Shown here: positions 27,807 to 41,540 of the stretch, piece after piece
How the letters are laid out: each line of letters opens with the position of its first letter
Position numbering within the stretch: the stretch's first letter is position 1
Assembly: GCF_964213995.1 (NCBI RefSeq)
Contig: NC_135821.1
Coordinates: forward strand, 52,514,001 to 52,578,000
Length of the DNA: 64,000 bases
Direction of reading: 5' to 3'
Source of the DNA: Mustelus asterias
Taxonomy: Eukaryota
Program-made: the position numbers and the translations under genes
The notes under the pieces: model-generated
What the model was told of the DNA's origin: nothing
Seen by the model: only the letters and a program-made list of their open reading frames with translations
Database searches by the model: none

Positions 27807-28015
27807 ACACAGTAAGAAGTTTAACAACACCAGGTTAAAGTCCAACAGGTTTATTTGGTAGCAAAAGCCACACAAGCTTTCGGAGCCTTAAGCCTCTCAG
27901 GCTCCGAAAGCTTGTGTGGCTTTTGCTACCAAATAAACCTGTTGGACTTTAACCTGGTGTTGTTAAACTTCTTACTGTGTTTACCCCAGTCCAATGCCGG
28001 CATCTCCACATCATG
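27807..28015. mobile_element. Palindromic Penelope 3'-end mini-element
   Basis: Perfect 82-bp inverted arms (27807-27888 / 27899-27980) with a 10-nt loop; sequence equals the Penelope 3' terminus; inserted in a SINE tail. Confidence 0.85.
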
Positions 28016-28709
28016 ACTCCCTGCACAGCAGGGATTCTATGATTAGTAATGGTAAATGATCCCCTTCATGATCACTATTAAGTTATTCATGCTGATGTGC
28101 ACATAATTGGATATCAACTGAAACACAGATGCATTGATCCACTGAGCAAATCGTCCACCACCTGTGCCACAGTACAGAAAACAGACTTAAAGTGAAACAA
28201 TACTGCACATTTAAGAACAGGTATGCATTTATCAAATCCAGAGAGTGTTTAATTAATCCAGTAATACGAGAGCAGCAACCATAACCTAACAGAGAGTGAA
28301 AAGAACACACACAGGAAGTAACCACCACATAGAAGAACAGGTGAAAAGTGGATCCGCTGGCATTAACCACCATCTAGAAGAGTGAGTACGTTCAGTCTGT
28401 GGCTTTAGAGTGGAGCAGCCATGTTCACTTACCTGGCAATCGGAGAGGCAGCGAACCATCCAGCTACTCAGAACTGAGTGTAAAAGGAAAGTGAAAAACA
28501 AATAGTGACACCACAGGAAAAATCATAAGTTCATAGGTTGGCAAGAAACTGCTGTTAGAGACGGTCTTTAAAAGTTACTGTAAATTAGAAAAGCATATTA
28601 TTTTTAAAGAAGTAGCTATACCTGGATTTAAATGAGAAGTGCCTGTAATAAGGGGATGTTAGGGTGATCCAAAGTAAAATAAAGTTAACTTTACTTCCTC
28701 TACGTTAAC

Positions 28710-31180
28710 AAATGGCAGGGTAGTTCAGTTGGGTGAAATGCCTGTCCTGTAATATGTGAGAGTAATGGATGCTACTGGTGTCCTCGACGACCGTATGTGC
28801 AGGAAGTGCTGTCAGCTGGGTCTCCGAGCTTGAGCGGCGGCTGGAGTCACTGTGGCACATCTGTGAGACTGGGAGCTACGTGGATAGTAAATTCAGAGAG
28901 GTGGTCACACTGCAGCTTAGGGGCCTGGTGGCAGTGGGGGAGTGGGGGGGGGGGGGGATGGGTGATGTAGAAGAGAACCAGACAGGTAGTGCAGGTGCTC
29001 ACTGGGGTCCTGCTCACAAATGCGTTTTCTGTTTTGGAAGCTGGTGAGGGCACTGGTTCGTCAGAGGAGTGCAGTCAGAGCCAAGTTTGGGACATCACAA
29101 GTGGCTTGGCTGTACAGGATAGGAAGATGAAAGAAAGAACAATAGTGATAGGGGATTTGTTAGTTAGGGGAACAGTCAGGCATTTCTGTGGTCATAGACA
29201 TGACTCCAGGATGGTATGTTGCCCCCTGGTGTCAGGGTCAAGGATGTCAACAAGCAACTACAGGACATTCTTCTGGGGGAAGGTGAAAAGCCAGAGGGTC
29301 ATGGCCCACATCGGTACCAATGGCTTAAGTCGGAAGGGGGATGTGATCCTGCAATCAGAATTTAGGGAGCTAGGTAGAAAATTAGCAAACAAGACCTCAA
29401 ATGTAGTAATCTCTGGCTTACTCTCGGTGCCTCATGCAAGTGAGTACAGAATTAGGAGGACAAGACAGATGAATGCATGGTTGGAAAGATGGTGCAGGAA
29501 GGAGGGTTTTAGATTTCTGTGACACTGGGACTGGCTTTGAGGGAGATGGCACCTGTACAAGTCAGATGGGTGGCAGCTGAACTAGAAGGGTTCAAAATTG
29601 ATAAGGAGGAAGTGTTGGATAGACTGTCGGTACTGAAAGTTGACAAGACACTAGGAGCAGATGAGATGCATCCAAGAATATTGAAGGAAGTGAGTGTGGA
29701 AATTGCAGGGGCACTGGCCATAATCTTTCAGTCCTCCCGAGACTCAGAGGAGGTGCCAGAGGACTAGAGAATTGCAGATATTACGGTCTTTTTCAAAAAA
29801 AGTTGTAAAGATAAGCCCAACAAGTACAGACCAGTTTAACAGCAGTGATGGGGAAGCTTCTGGAAACAATTATTCAGGATAGAATTTGCAGTCACATGAA
29901 AAAATGTGGCTTGATTAGGAAAAGCCAGCATGGATTTCTAAAGGAGAAATTGTGTTTAACTAACATGCTCGAGTTTTTTGAAGAGATAACAGAAAGAGTC
30001 AATAAGGAAAATGCTGTTGATGTGGTGAAAATAGACTTTCAAAAGGCATTTGATACAGTGCCACACAAAAAACTTGAGAGATAAGTTATAGCTCATGGAA
30101 TAAAAGGGACAGTAGCAATGTCGGTGTAAAATTGGCTGAGTAATAGGAAACCGAGAGTAATGGTTATTTGAAGGAGGAAGGATTGTAGCGGAGTTCCCCA
30201 GGGGTCAGTATTGGTGTGCAGGGGACAATTTCAAAGTCTGCGGATGACACGAAAACCGGAAGCGTAAACCATGAGGAGGATAGTGTAGAATTTCAAAAGA
30301 ACATAGACAAGCTAGTGGAGTGGGCAGATAGGTGGCAGATAAAGTTCAATATGGAGAAGTGTGAGGTGATGCACTTTGGTCGGAAGAACATGGACAGACA
30401 ATAAAAATTGTGCCCCTTATTTGATAAGGAGGTGCAGGAGCAGAGGGACCTGGATATATATGTGCATAGATCATTGAAGGTAGCAGGTGGAGAGAGCAAT
30501 TAATAAAGCATAATAAAGGGCATAAGGTACAAGAACTTATGGAGGATACTAGACCTTAGTTGGAGTATTGTCCACAGTTCTGGGCACCACACTATAAGAA
30601 GAATGTGAATGCAGTGGAGAAAATGTTTACAAGGATGGTTCCAGGGATGAGAAATTTAGATACGAGGATAGATTGGGACTGGTCTCCTTGGAGAGATAGT
30701 GGCTAAGCGGAGATTTGATAGAGATGTTCAAAATCATGAGGGGGCTGGACAGAGTAGATAGGGAGAAACTATTCCCGCTCATAAAAGAATCGAGAATGAG
30801 AGGACATAGATTCAGTGATTTGCAAAAGCAATTGTGATGCAAAGAAAAAACCTTTTCATATAACGGCCCAAGACCAGAAAAGTCAACAGACTTTACATGG
30901 TCTGCCCCTGCCAGCTACGATTCCCATGACAGGCAATACAGGAAAATTTTGCCCAACAAGTGGTACGAGTATGGAATGCACTGCCTAGAAGTGTGGTGGA
31001 GGCAGGTTCAATTGAGGCATTCAAGAGAGCATCAGATGTTTATCTGAACAAAAACAATGTCCAAGGATACAGGGTAAAGGGAGGAGAATGGCACTGAGTC
31101 ATAATGCTCATTTGGAGAGTTGGTGCAGATATGATGGACCGAATGGTCTCCTTTTGCATCATAATAATTCTGTGATTCTT
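28710..31180 (+). mobile_element. Degenerate CR1-clade LINE (ORF1 zinc finger/esterase plus ORF2 RT) in RPL11 intron 4
   Basis: VSELERRLESLW; esterase-like IVIGD..VRG and HIGTN; RT fragments GADEMHPRILKE, SQHGF, DFQKAFDTVPH, ADDTK, WQIKFN. The endonuclease region appears deleted near 29570. Confidence 0.88.
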
Positions 31181-32103
31181 TGAAGAGAATCTCTTACCAT
31201 GCATTATCAGTATTACTTGCCCATCACATTTTGTCCTCTCCCCTTCCCAAGTCCACAGAGCCATTCCAAGAGACAGCAAGTAACAACGATCAGAGGCATC
31301 ACGATCAAACACACCCTGTTCTCCCAATACATCTTCACACTTATCAACTGAAGTTACAACTATTAGCAGCAGGAATCCTAGGCTTTTAGGGGAAGCTGGT
31401 TCAGAATTAATCCTTTATCTGTGCTGAGTTAGCTTAAGGCATTAACAGGGGGTACATCACTCAGTACCCCTATTATAGGGAAGAGTGGGGGAGAGTTTTT
31501 TAAAAAACCAACGCTCCTACTCTTTATTACTACCCCAGAAAGTGCACGATCAGTGAGAATATGAGTCAGATCAGCTGCTAGGAAACCTTCAAAAGCCTGC
31601 CAACACTCAGACTGGAGTAAAACAGGAAGAATGGCCGGCGGCAATATGCCAGAAGTTGACCAGTGCTCGAAGAGTACATGAGTAAGCAGATTCAAGAAAA
31701 AAATACTGCCTTAGAATGGTGCCATGGAATTCTAGTTTTGAAGCTCGAATCATGCTATGGTCTCAATACACTAAATGGCTTGTATAATTATTTCATTTCA
31801 GAATCGGAGGTCACACACAGAACCTATACTGCATTTTGTAATTTGTAAAATTAGAGCATGAGCATCATTGACCGAGAATTATAAAATTATATAGGGTTGG
31901 GATAAATTAAAATTTATACAGCTTCTTCACTATATAGGGCTTGTGCACAACTTAGTCTAGTACTCAAACATCAGAACACCTAGATAAGTAACTAGGTTGA
32001 CTGAATATCTCAACTATTATACTGGTGCAGAATGGCAGCTACTGGAAATGTATTTAAAAATTGCTTCAGATTTATTTTTGATTGCAGTCAACTTACTTTA
32101 AAG

Positions 32104-32400
32104 TAAAGTTTATTTATTAGTCACAAGTAGGCTCACATTAACACTGCAATAAAGTTACTGTGAAAATCCCCTAGTCGCCACACTCCGGCGTCTGTTCGGG
32201 TGCAAGGAGGGAGAATTTAACATGGCCAATGCACCTAACTAGCACGTCGTTCGGACTGTGGGAGGAAACCGGAGCACCCAGAGGAAACCCACGCAGACAC
32301 GGGGAGAATGTGCAAACTCCACACAGACAGTGACCCAAGCTGGGAATCGAATCCGCGTCCCTGGCGCTGTGAGGCAGTAGTGCTAACCACTGTGCTGCCC
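32104..32400 (-). mobile_element. tRNA-derived SINE (HE1-like)
   Basis: Near-identical to 1657-1935. Confidence 0.85.
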
Positions 32401-32729
32401 TTTTATAGACTTCTACTTACTTTTATTGACAGCAGGGCTTTGTGAACTGGGAACGGAAGAATTTGTAAAAGCAAATTACTGCAGATGCTGTACATCTGGA
32501 ATAGAAACAGAAAGTGCTGGAAAAAACTCAGCAGGTCTGGCTGCATCAGTGGAGAGATAAACAGAGTTGATGTTTTGAGTCCAATATAACTTTACTTTGG
32601 TACTCAGACACAGATGTTTCGGTCTGGGATCAACACATGCAAAAAAAAATAGGTGTGGCTAGAAAAATATCCCGAGGAGACAAATAGTTTTGAGCAACAT
32701 ATTTAAAATATGTTCACCTAACTATTCTA

Positions 32730-32924
<195 letters not shown>

Positions 32925-33140
32925 TCATCAAAAAGAGCTTCATCCACTGTCTCACTTTCACAACAGATAGTCAGTAATCAAATCCAGGTTAATTCTAAGA
33001 AACATCTATTTAAATTTCTCCTGAAGCTGTAAAAGCAAACCTAGCTACTTTGATAAATGACATTATTCTACTCCTTCGAAGTTGCACTCAAAGTCTCAAC
33101 TCAGTGGTGATGGCGGTGGGCAAAGAGCTAGTCGGGGAAA

Positions 33141-33952
33141 TTGCTCCCTCAGCACAGCACTGGAGTGTTAATTTTGATTTGTGCATTGAGCAATTTCCCC
33201 TACCAGCTCATTGCCCACCGCCATCACCACCGCCATCACCACCGCCATCACCACCGCCCCCATTCCATTCTTCCAAACTGCATATTAAAAATGCAATTGT
33301 GACAACTTCACTTGAGGTTATAACTTTTCCCAGGTGGTCAATATTAATAGATGTAAAGAATTAAGGAACACATAAAAATGGCTCCGACAACAGGGAATTG
33401 ATCTGACACACTGACTTTGTTTTTTTCTCTCCACTGTTGCTGCCTGACCTGCTGAGTACTTCCAGCACTTTTATTTCAGATTACAGCATCTGTGGTACAT
33501 ATTTTGCTTTTGTGTTAAAGTTACAGGAATTAGGCATTTTCCCCATTCATGTGACTTATGGTATAGTTTCCATAATGATTGGATAGTGGAATTACAGTAG
33601 CATTAGTAACGTTGGAAAAACAGCAGCCAATTTGTGCACAAAAAGCTGATAAAGATCAGATGATCTGTTTCCCTGATGTTGATTTAAGAATAAATATTGG
33701 CCAGAGCAACACACTCTCCTCCTCCGCTTTGAAATAGCGCCACGGATCTGTTCTGTCCTCCTGAGGGGACAGGTGAAACCTCAGTTTAACGCTCATCAAT
33801 AAGATAGCACCTCCGAACAGGTTGCTGCTCCCTCAGTACAGCACTGGAGAGTTAATTTTGACTTGTGCATTGAGCAATTTCCCCTACCAGCTCATTGTCC
33901 ACCACCATAACCATTGCCCCCATTCCATTCTTCCAAACTGCATATTAAAAAT
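33141..33952. repeat. Direct duplication of ~130 bp (33141-33292 and 33826-33952) in RPL11 intron 3
   Basis: tgctccctcag..cagcactggag..ttaattttga...ccattccattcttccaaactgcatattaaaaat occurs twice. Confidence 0.9.
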
Positions 33953-34046
33953 CCAACCAAAGACAGTGTAAGAAAAAGGACAAAAGCACTTTTAAAAAAT
34001 AAGGTTCACCCACACAAAACAGAAAGGGAAAAGCTTATTACTTCTA

Positions 34047-34256
<210 letters not shown>

Positions 34257-34259
34257 TCA

Positions 34260-34430
<171 letters not shown>

Positions 34431-35342
34431 CTAAAATAAGGGATTACCTTAGAAACCAAGATATATTTTGCTGACATTACGAGGTGTTAATGGACCGTGC
34501 TTTATATCAAAAATGGCTAAATCATGGCTATGGCTTAAAACCACTGTTGGAGTTTTAAATGGACTGAATAGCAGCATTCTTTTAAAAAAGTGACTTAAAA
34601 CAACAGCTGTTAAGACGGCCAAACATTTGCATCACTGTTATCTTACCAATACCAAACACAATGGAGTTAGCCTGTCCAGGAAAATGCCATCAGAAATAAT
34701 CAACTTGGAGGAGTGTGAATGTACCAACTCCTGTCACATTCACAAAACATCCAGGCAATTACTTGTGTACTGAACTGGATGTGGACAAACACTAGGCATA
34801 ATCCTTTTAGTCAATGGACTCTGGCTGAGAAAGGAATTAACCAACTATAATCTATTCAAGTCTAAACCATGTAACTGGAATCAGCTTGCTATGATCACAT
34901 TTGGGTAACTGCTCAATTGGTGAGGAGATCACGTGATGAGCCCACTAACCCTCTTTGTTTGAAGAAACTGCTTTTTCTCCAGGCCTCAGAACAGATGTAG
35001 AAGAAACACTGAAAAGATAGGACTCTTGAGTGGGGCACTCTTTCTCTCTACCCAGCTTGCAAGTTTAACACGCCTGTTATTCACTGCAGGCAATGTTTAC
35101 AAGAACTACCTCAGCAGCTGTTGTCTCCAGAAGAACAGATAAATCATCTGTCAATGTCGTTAAACAGTCATAACGCGGAATCCTGCGGGGCCATCGAGCC
35201 TAGCCTGAAACCAGTCAAGTCGTCAGCCTACAAGGTCCATATATCACTAACTTTTATTAGATTTTAAAATATTCTTAATATATCATCCCACTTTGTAAGT
35301 TGTATGTGTTGGCGAGAACCCTTGAGTGTATGGGTATTTGAA

Positions 35343-35667
35343 GGGCGGCACAGTAGCACAACTGTTTCACAGCTCCAGGGACTCGGGTTCGATTCCCGGC
35401 TTGGATCACTGTCTGTGTGGAGTTTGCACATTCTCCCCGTGTCTGCGTGGGTTTCCTCCGGGTGCTCCGGTTTCCTCCCACAGTCCAAAGATCCGCGGGT
35501 TAAGTTGATTGGCTATGCTAAATTGCCCCTTAGTGTCCCGAGATGAGTAGCTTAGAGGGATTAGCGGGTAAACATGTAGGGATACGGGAATAGGGCCTGG
35601 GTGGGATTGTGCTCGGTGCAGACTTGATGGGCTGAATGGCCTCTTTCTGCACTGTAGGGTTTCTATG
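35343..35667 (+). mobile_element. tRNA-derived SINE (HE1-like)
   Basis: gggcggcacag...gggttcgattcccggcttgg...tail ctgcactgtaggg. Confidence 0.85.
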
Positions 35668-37387
35668 AAGGTCAGAGTGTTTCATTATTTAATTTGGATT
35701 AGGTCTTAAGTACAATAAATACTGTTATTTTAAAAACCTACAAAGGAAACCTGTCTCTGTGTCTTTGACAATCATAGCATGTAAATAGTTAAACACTGAC
35801 TTAACTGGCAAGCATACCATTTTTATAATTCTGTTGCAATCAAACAAGGAATGAGAAAAGACGAGCCATTCACCTTATCTGGTTGTAACAGAGGTTTAGA
35901 GTTGACTATTGTCAATTACATTTTCTTTTCACTCTCCCCCTCAAAAATTATTTGCCAGACAAATTTTCCTTCTGTACTCTCCCCCAAGAGCAGTTACAAT
36001 AGTGCTGACACTGGGATTATGGTAAGCATTACAATAGATGTGCGAGATCTCCTTTAACCTTGCAGTACAAATGCAAATGCTACCTTGTCTCAAACCAGAG
36101 TAGTCATTTTGAATTATTTAATAATGAAGAATGTAGTACTGGTTATTACAGGCACATCATTGCTGGAGAGAGCAAAATGTGCCTTTTTCCCCTATTGAGT
36201 CCTGGTACTAGAACACAAAATAAATCTAACAAACAGCATTGCAACTGTAGTTTCCTAGTTCCACATTTTAGCAATCTGCCAAAATTTGGGAATCGGCCTT
36301 TACTCAGAACATTAGTAGCCAGAATTCCATGCCCGGTTCCAAATTATACATCCTTTTGGTGGCATTGTAATAATAATCTATCATAGCAATTTCAATCAAT
36401 TGAAGTCAAAGTTTGCAAAAGGATTTTACTTCTGTATGCTACTGAAGGCATCAGATTAAAAATCCTACAATCATCACACTTCTCCCACAATAAATTATTT
36501 TATGCATCTGTGGTCAGCTGAAATGGATAAAAACTACTTCCACTGATTTTCGACAACCCAAATCACATTATTTCAAGTTGTGAACTTTCTTCAACATTAA
36601 ACTCTCAGCTCACCAGAAGATGCTAGAAATGAGCTAGCTATACTGATAACTTTCAATTTTTATATAAGTTTGAATTGAATTTATGTTAAGCATTACTGAA
36701 CACTGCCGTGTGAAGACAGCTACTAATTCTGATGAAACAGGATTTTGGCTTCAAACTTCAATGGGGTTTTGGTGCAGCAGCACTAAAACAGGAACTATAT
36801 TCCAAGCCCTAATGAACAAGAAGGTGACCATTTAGTCCATCAAACCAGATACTTGTGGCACTCAACCATGAAATGTCCTTAATATATTTGCTGCTAAACA
36901 TCAACATTTAAGCAAGAAGTTAAAAAACATATAGTTTAAATCTCTGTCCTCAGGTCCTTCCAGACCAAATTCCTTTGAACTAATAAATGATTGCTACCTC
37001 CTAAATTATCTAATACACCTCAAATTCTTCTCACCAAACATACACCCTTCTCTCTGAACCAGAGAACTTAAGCTCCTCTAATCTTTCTGCAATCATGAAC
37101 ATTAGCCAAATCCAGCAGCTACCTTGTTTGATTGCATATTTTGATGCAGTATACAACTATATTAAAATACAAATCACTCCTGCTTTTGTGGCCTGCACCT
37201 TATTTAAGTTTGTGAGATCAAAATAACCAGAAATTGAATCATTTGCTTTAAATGCATCAGTTTTGTTTTAGGAAAATCAAATCTGCTCCTGATCCAAATA
37301 TTTAAAAAATCAATTTGAGAAAAATCAGGTCACATCAAAGTGTGCGTGTGTGGGCGTATGGGGGGGGGGGGGGGGGGGGGGGGGAGA

Positions 37388-37421
<34 letters not shown>

Positions 37422-37844
37422 GACATAGTTTTACACAGAGGAGGACCACAACAGAAATACAAGAGGACACTGATAAACTTGCAAAACAGGCAAATGAAGT
37501 TCACAGATAAATATGAGGTAATATATTTTGGTAGGAAGGTGCAAATCTAGGTACAGTAGAGGAACAAAGGGATTTTGGGGGGGGGGGGAAGAGTTTGCAC
37601 ATTCTCCCCATGTCTCATGTGTTTCCTCCGGGTGCTCCAGTTTCCTCCCACAATACAAAGATGTGCAGGTTAGGTTGATTGGCTATGTTAAATTGTCCCT
37701 TGGTATCCCAAGATGTGTAGGTTAGGGGGATTAGTGGAGTAAATAGGGAGCTCAAGTCTGGGTAAGATGCTCTTTCGGAAAGTCGGTGCAGACTCAATGG
37801 GCAGAATGGCCTGCTTCTGCACTGTAGCGATTCTATGATTCCAG

Positions 37845-38360
37845 AGGCACTGAAGAGGTGCAGACAAAATTTACAAGGATAATACCAGAAATGCATGAGT
37901 GTAATAATATATCCATCAGAAAAAGATTGATGGTCCTCTTTTTTCTTGAAACAAGGTGGCGGAGGGGTGACCTAATAGAGGCATTTACAATTATGAAAGG
38001 TTTTGTTGGAGTGGGTACAGGGAAAATGTTTCCTCACGTGGGGTGGAACATTACTCGTGGCCATATGTGGCATATATTCGTAGAATATAATCACCAAGAA
38101 ATCCAATAAGGAATTCAGAATAAACGTATTTACCCAAAGAGTGGTGAGAATATGGAACTTGCTATCACAAGGGAGTGTTTGAAGCAAAAAAGTTTTGACT
38201 AATTTAATGGGAAGCTGAACAAACATTTGAGGGAGAAGGGAATAGATGTTTATGATGATCGATTTAGTAAAATGGGAGGTGACTCGAATGCAGCATAAGC
38301 ACCAGCATATGGACTGGATGAGCCAAATGGCCTGTTTATGTGCTGTACATCCTGTGTAAT
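37845..38360 (+). mobile_element. CR1 LINE 3' fragment
   Basis: RGDLIEAFTIMKG...TRGH motif. Confidence 0.7.
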
Positions 38361-38953
38361 GATTGCTCCCTTGTTTTAGTATCCTCTATAATCTGACAAC
38401 TATTTCTAACATACAAGCTCTCGTGAACCTCCCATGTAGATTACAGAGAGGTTCAAGCCTGAAACTCTGCAGTACTCCTCCACCCAATGACCTTTCACTG
38501 TCAGGCACTGCACTAAAGAGGCATTCCTCGTCCTACTTTTAAACCAACTTCTTATCCAGTCCACAGCAACTTGCATTTATACAGCGCACTTAACGTGATA
38601 AACCATCACATACATTAATGCGGGATTCCCCCCCAAAAAGGCAAAAGATGCACTTAGTTGTTTTTTTTTCGTTTTAAAATAAACTGTCGTTCCGAATTTT
38701 AAAAAGCAGGGAAACAAGGAAACTGACAAGTTTAGGAAACCACAGACAAAAAAAAATCAAAATATTGACGTCTCAGCATCTTGTGTGTTATCCGCAGCCT
38801 AATTTGGTCACCATAAGCTTCTGGCTGAGCGGCTTTCATCTCCACATATAAATAAAACTCAGTGCGAGCAATGATATTTTTTGCCTCAAATCGGGATCCC
38901 GGGTGAGTCATAAAGCAAACAGATTGTATTTAAACCTCTCCCCTTTTGCTTAC

Positions 38954-38959
38954 CGCCAT
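38954..38959 (-). CDS. RPL11: 60S ribosomal protein L11, coding exon 1 (ATG GCG)
   Basis: ccaacATGGCG|gtaag; same 6-nt first coding exon as vertebrate RPL11, preceded by a pyrimidine tract. Confidence 0.85.
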
Positions 38960-39080
38960 GTTGGTGGAGGAGACAAGGCAACTCTTCAGATCAGGACATA
39001 CTGAAGGCCGCAGTCACCCTGGAGATGGAGCAAGAGGTTCCTGGCTGCACAACCTGACCACTTAGCGCCACCTTGCCAAC
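38955..39080 (-). promoter_or_regulatory. RPL11 promoter / 5' TOP-like pyrimidine tract
   Basis: Minus strand reads gccttgtctcctccaccaacATGGCGG: a polypyrimidine tract just before the ATG, typical of ribosomal-protein start sites. AACATGGCGG is YY1-like. Confidence 0.55.
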
Positions 39081-39239
39081 GCCAGAAAAGTACATCCTCC
39101 TCAACGCATCATCTATTGCCTTTATTTAGTGAAAAACTTCAAAAATTAGGAAATGCTGACCAACGATTTCCTCAAAAATGGGACTAGCATTGGAAGAAAA
39201 CGAGCAAAAGCCAAATTGGGATAAAAATTGGTTAGAAAT

Positions 39240-39445
39240 CTCACAACACCAGGTTAAAGTCCAACAGGTTTATTTGGAATCATAAGCTTTTGGAGTGCAG
39301 GCCTGGAGTGCAGGTTGACACTCACCTGATGAAGGAGCTGTGCTCCGAAAGCTCGTGATTCCAAATAAACCTGTTGGACTTTAACCTGGTGTTGTGAGAC
39401 TTCTTACTGTGCCCACCCCAGTCCAATGCCAGCATCTCCACATCA
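39240..39445. mobile_element. Fold-back Penelope 3'-end mini-element upstream of RPL11
   Basis: Inverted arms of caacaccaggttaaagtccaacaggtttatttgg; contains a hammerhead-like motif. Confidence 0.8.
39322..39358 (+). ncRNA. Minimal type I hammerhead ribozyme-like motif
   Basis: tcac-CTGATGA-A-GGAGC tgt GCTCC-GAAA-GC-TC-gtga: core boxes, stem II and stem I (tcac/gtga). Confidence 0.7.
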
Positions 39446-39884
39446 GGGATAAAAGATAAATTATTGCTGGAATCTGAAACAAAAACAGAAAATGTTGGAA
39501 AATCTCTGCTGGTCTGACAGCATCTGTGGAAAGAGAATAGAGCCAACATTTTGAGTCAAGATGACCTTTCGTCATGGATAAAAGTATGGGAGGCACACAA
39601 AATTTATTTTCTCTGGGAGCCTGACTATATGTCTCAGCCACTCTTGACAAATTTAATCTCTTCATGTGCTATCTAGCATTTCAAAATATAACGATCACAA
39701 TTAATTGTATTTCTTTAAATTTCTTCCAGACAGTATTTTTATATCTTATCTGAAAAAGAGTCATGTGGACTCGAAATGTTAACTCTGTTTCTCTCTCCAC
39801 CGATGCTGTCAGACCTGCTGAGTTTTTAAAACATTGTCTGTTTTTATTTGTTAGATTGCTGCCAGTTTTGCTGATTTAAAAAAA

Positions 39885-41530
39885 ATTCATTTATGGAATG
39901 TGGTGATCACTAGTTAGGCCAGCATTTATTGCCCATCCTTAATTGCCCATCCTTAATTGTCCTTGAGAAGATGGTGGTGGAACTACCTTCTTGAACCGCT
40001 GCAATCCCTGTGGTGTAGGTACACCTACTATGCTGTTAGGGAGGGAGTTCCAGTATTTTGACCCAACAACAGTGAAGGAACAGTGATATATTTCCAAGTC
40101 AGGATGGTGATTGAGTGGGAGGGAAACTTCCAAGTGGTGGTGTTCCCATGTGTCTGCTGCCCTTGTCCTTCTAGATGATAGTGGTTGTGGGTTTGTAAGG
40201 TGTTGTTTAAGGAGCCTTGGTGAGTTCCTACAATGATTCTTGTAGATTGCACACACTACTGCCATTGCGCATTGACGATGGATGGAGTGAATGTTTGTGG
40301 ATAGGATGCCAATCAAGCAGGCTGCTTTGTCCTGGATGATGTTGAGAAAATGCTGGAAAATCTCAGCAGGTCTGGCAGCATCTGTAAGGAGAGAAAAGAG
40401 CTGACATTTTGAGTCCAGATGACCCTTTGTCAAAGCTTCTTGAGTGTTGTTGGAGCTGCACTCATCAAGGCTAGTGGAGAGTATTCCATCACACTCCTGG
40501 CTTGTGTCTTGTAGATGGTGGAAAGGCTTTGGGGATTCAGGAAGTGAGTTACTCACCACAGGATTCCTAGCCTCTGACCTTATCTTGTAGGACACAGTAA
40601 GAGTTTTAACAACACCAGGTTAAAGTCCAACAGGTTTATTTGGGAGCAAATACCATTAGCTTTCGGAGCGCTGCTCCTTCATCAGATGGAGTGGAGGCAC
40701 AGTATTTGTATGTCTAGTCAAGTTCAGTTTGTGGTCAGTGTTGATAGTGGGGGATTCAGCAATGGTAATGCCATTGAATGTCATGGGGAAATGGTTAGAT
40801 TCTCTCTTGTTGAAGATAGTCATTGTCTGGCATTTGTGTGGCACAAATGTTACCTGCCACTTATCAGCCCAAATCTAAATTTTGTCCAGGTCTTGCTGCA
40901 TTTGGATATGGACTGCTTCAGTATCTGAGGAGTCACAAATGGTGCTAAATGTTGTGTAATCACTTGTGAATATCCCCACTTTTGACCTACTGATGGAAGG
41001 AAGTTAACTGATGAAGCAATTGAAGCAACTGTTGAGCCAGGACACGACCCTGTGGAACTCCTGCAATAATGTCCTGAAACTGAGATGAATAACCTCCAAT
41101 AATCATATCCATCTTCCTATATGTGTGGCCTAACTCCGACCAGCAGAGAGTTTTCCCCCGATTCCCATTCATTCCAGTTTTCAATGGCTCCTTGATGCCA
41201 CAGCTCTTTTGTCAATGTTTGAACCAAGGCTGTAATGAGGTGAGGAGCTGAGTGACCCTAGTGGAACCTAAACTAAACATCTGTGAGCAGGTTATTGCTG
41301 AGCAAGTGCCACTTGATAGCACTGTTGATAACTCCTTCCATCACTTTGCTGATAACCAAGAGTAGACTGATGGGGTGGTAATTAGCCGGGTTGGATTTGT
41401 CCTGCTTTTTCTGTACAGGACATACCTGTGCAGTTTTCCATATTGCCAGGTAGATGTCAGTGTTGTAGCTGTAATGGAACAACTGGGCGAGGGGCACAGC
41501 GAGTTCTGGAGTACAGAACTATTGCTGGAA
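39885..41530 (-). mobile_element. Degenerate CR1/L2-group LINE RT region (continues at 42535-42975)
   Basis: ANYHPISLLLVISKVMEGVIN and AGVPQG fragments; interrupted by several Penelope-derived inserts. Confidence 0.8.
40653..40689 (-). ncRNA. Minimal hammerhead ribozyme-like motif
   Basis: ccat-CTGATGA-A-GGAGC agc GCTCC-GAAA-GC-TA-atgg; stem I changed to ccat/atgg. Confidence 0.68.
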
Positions 41531-41540
41531 TGTTGTCAAA

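Noticed and set aside
39061-39080. CTCF-like motif (gcaaggtggcgct, minus) near the RPL11 promoter
   Set aside because: Only a partial match and not supportable without a motif score or ChIP data.
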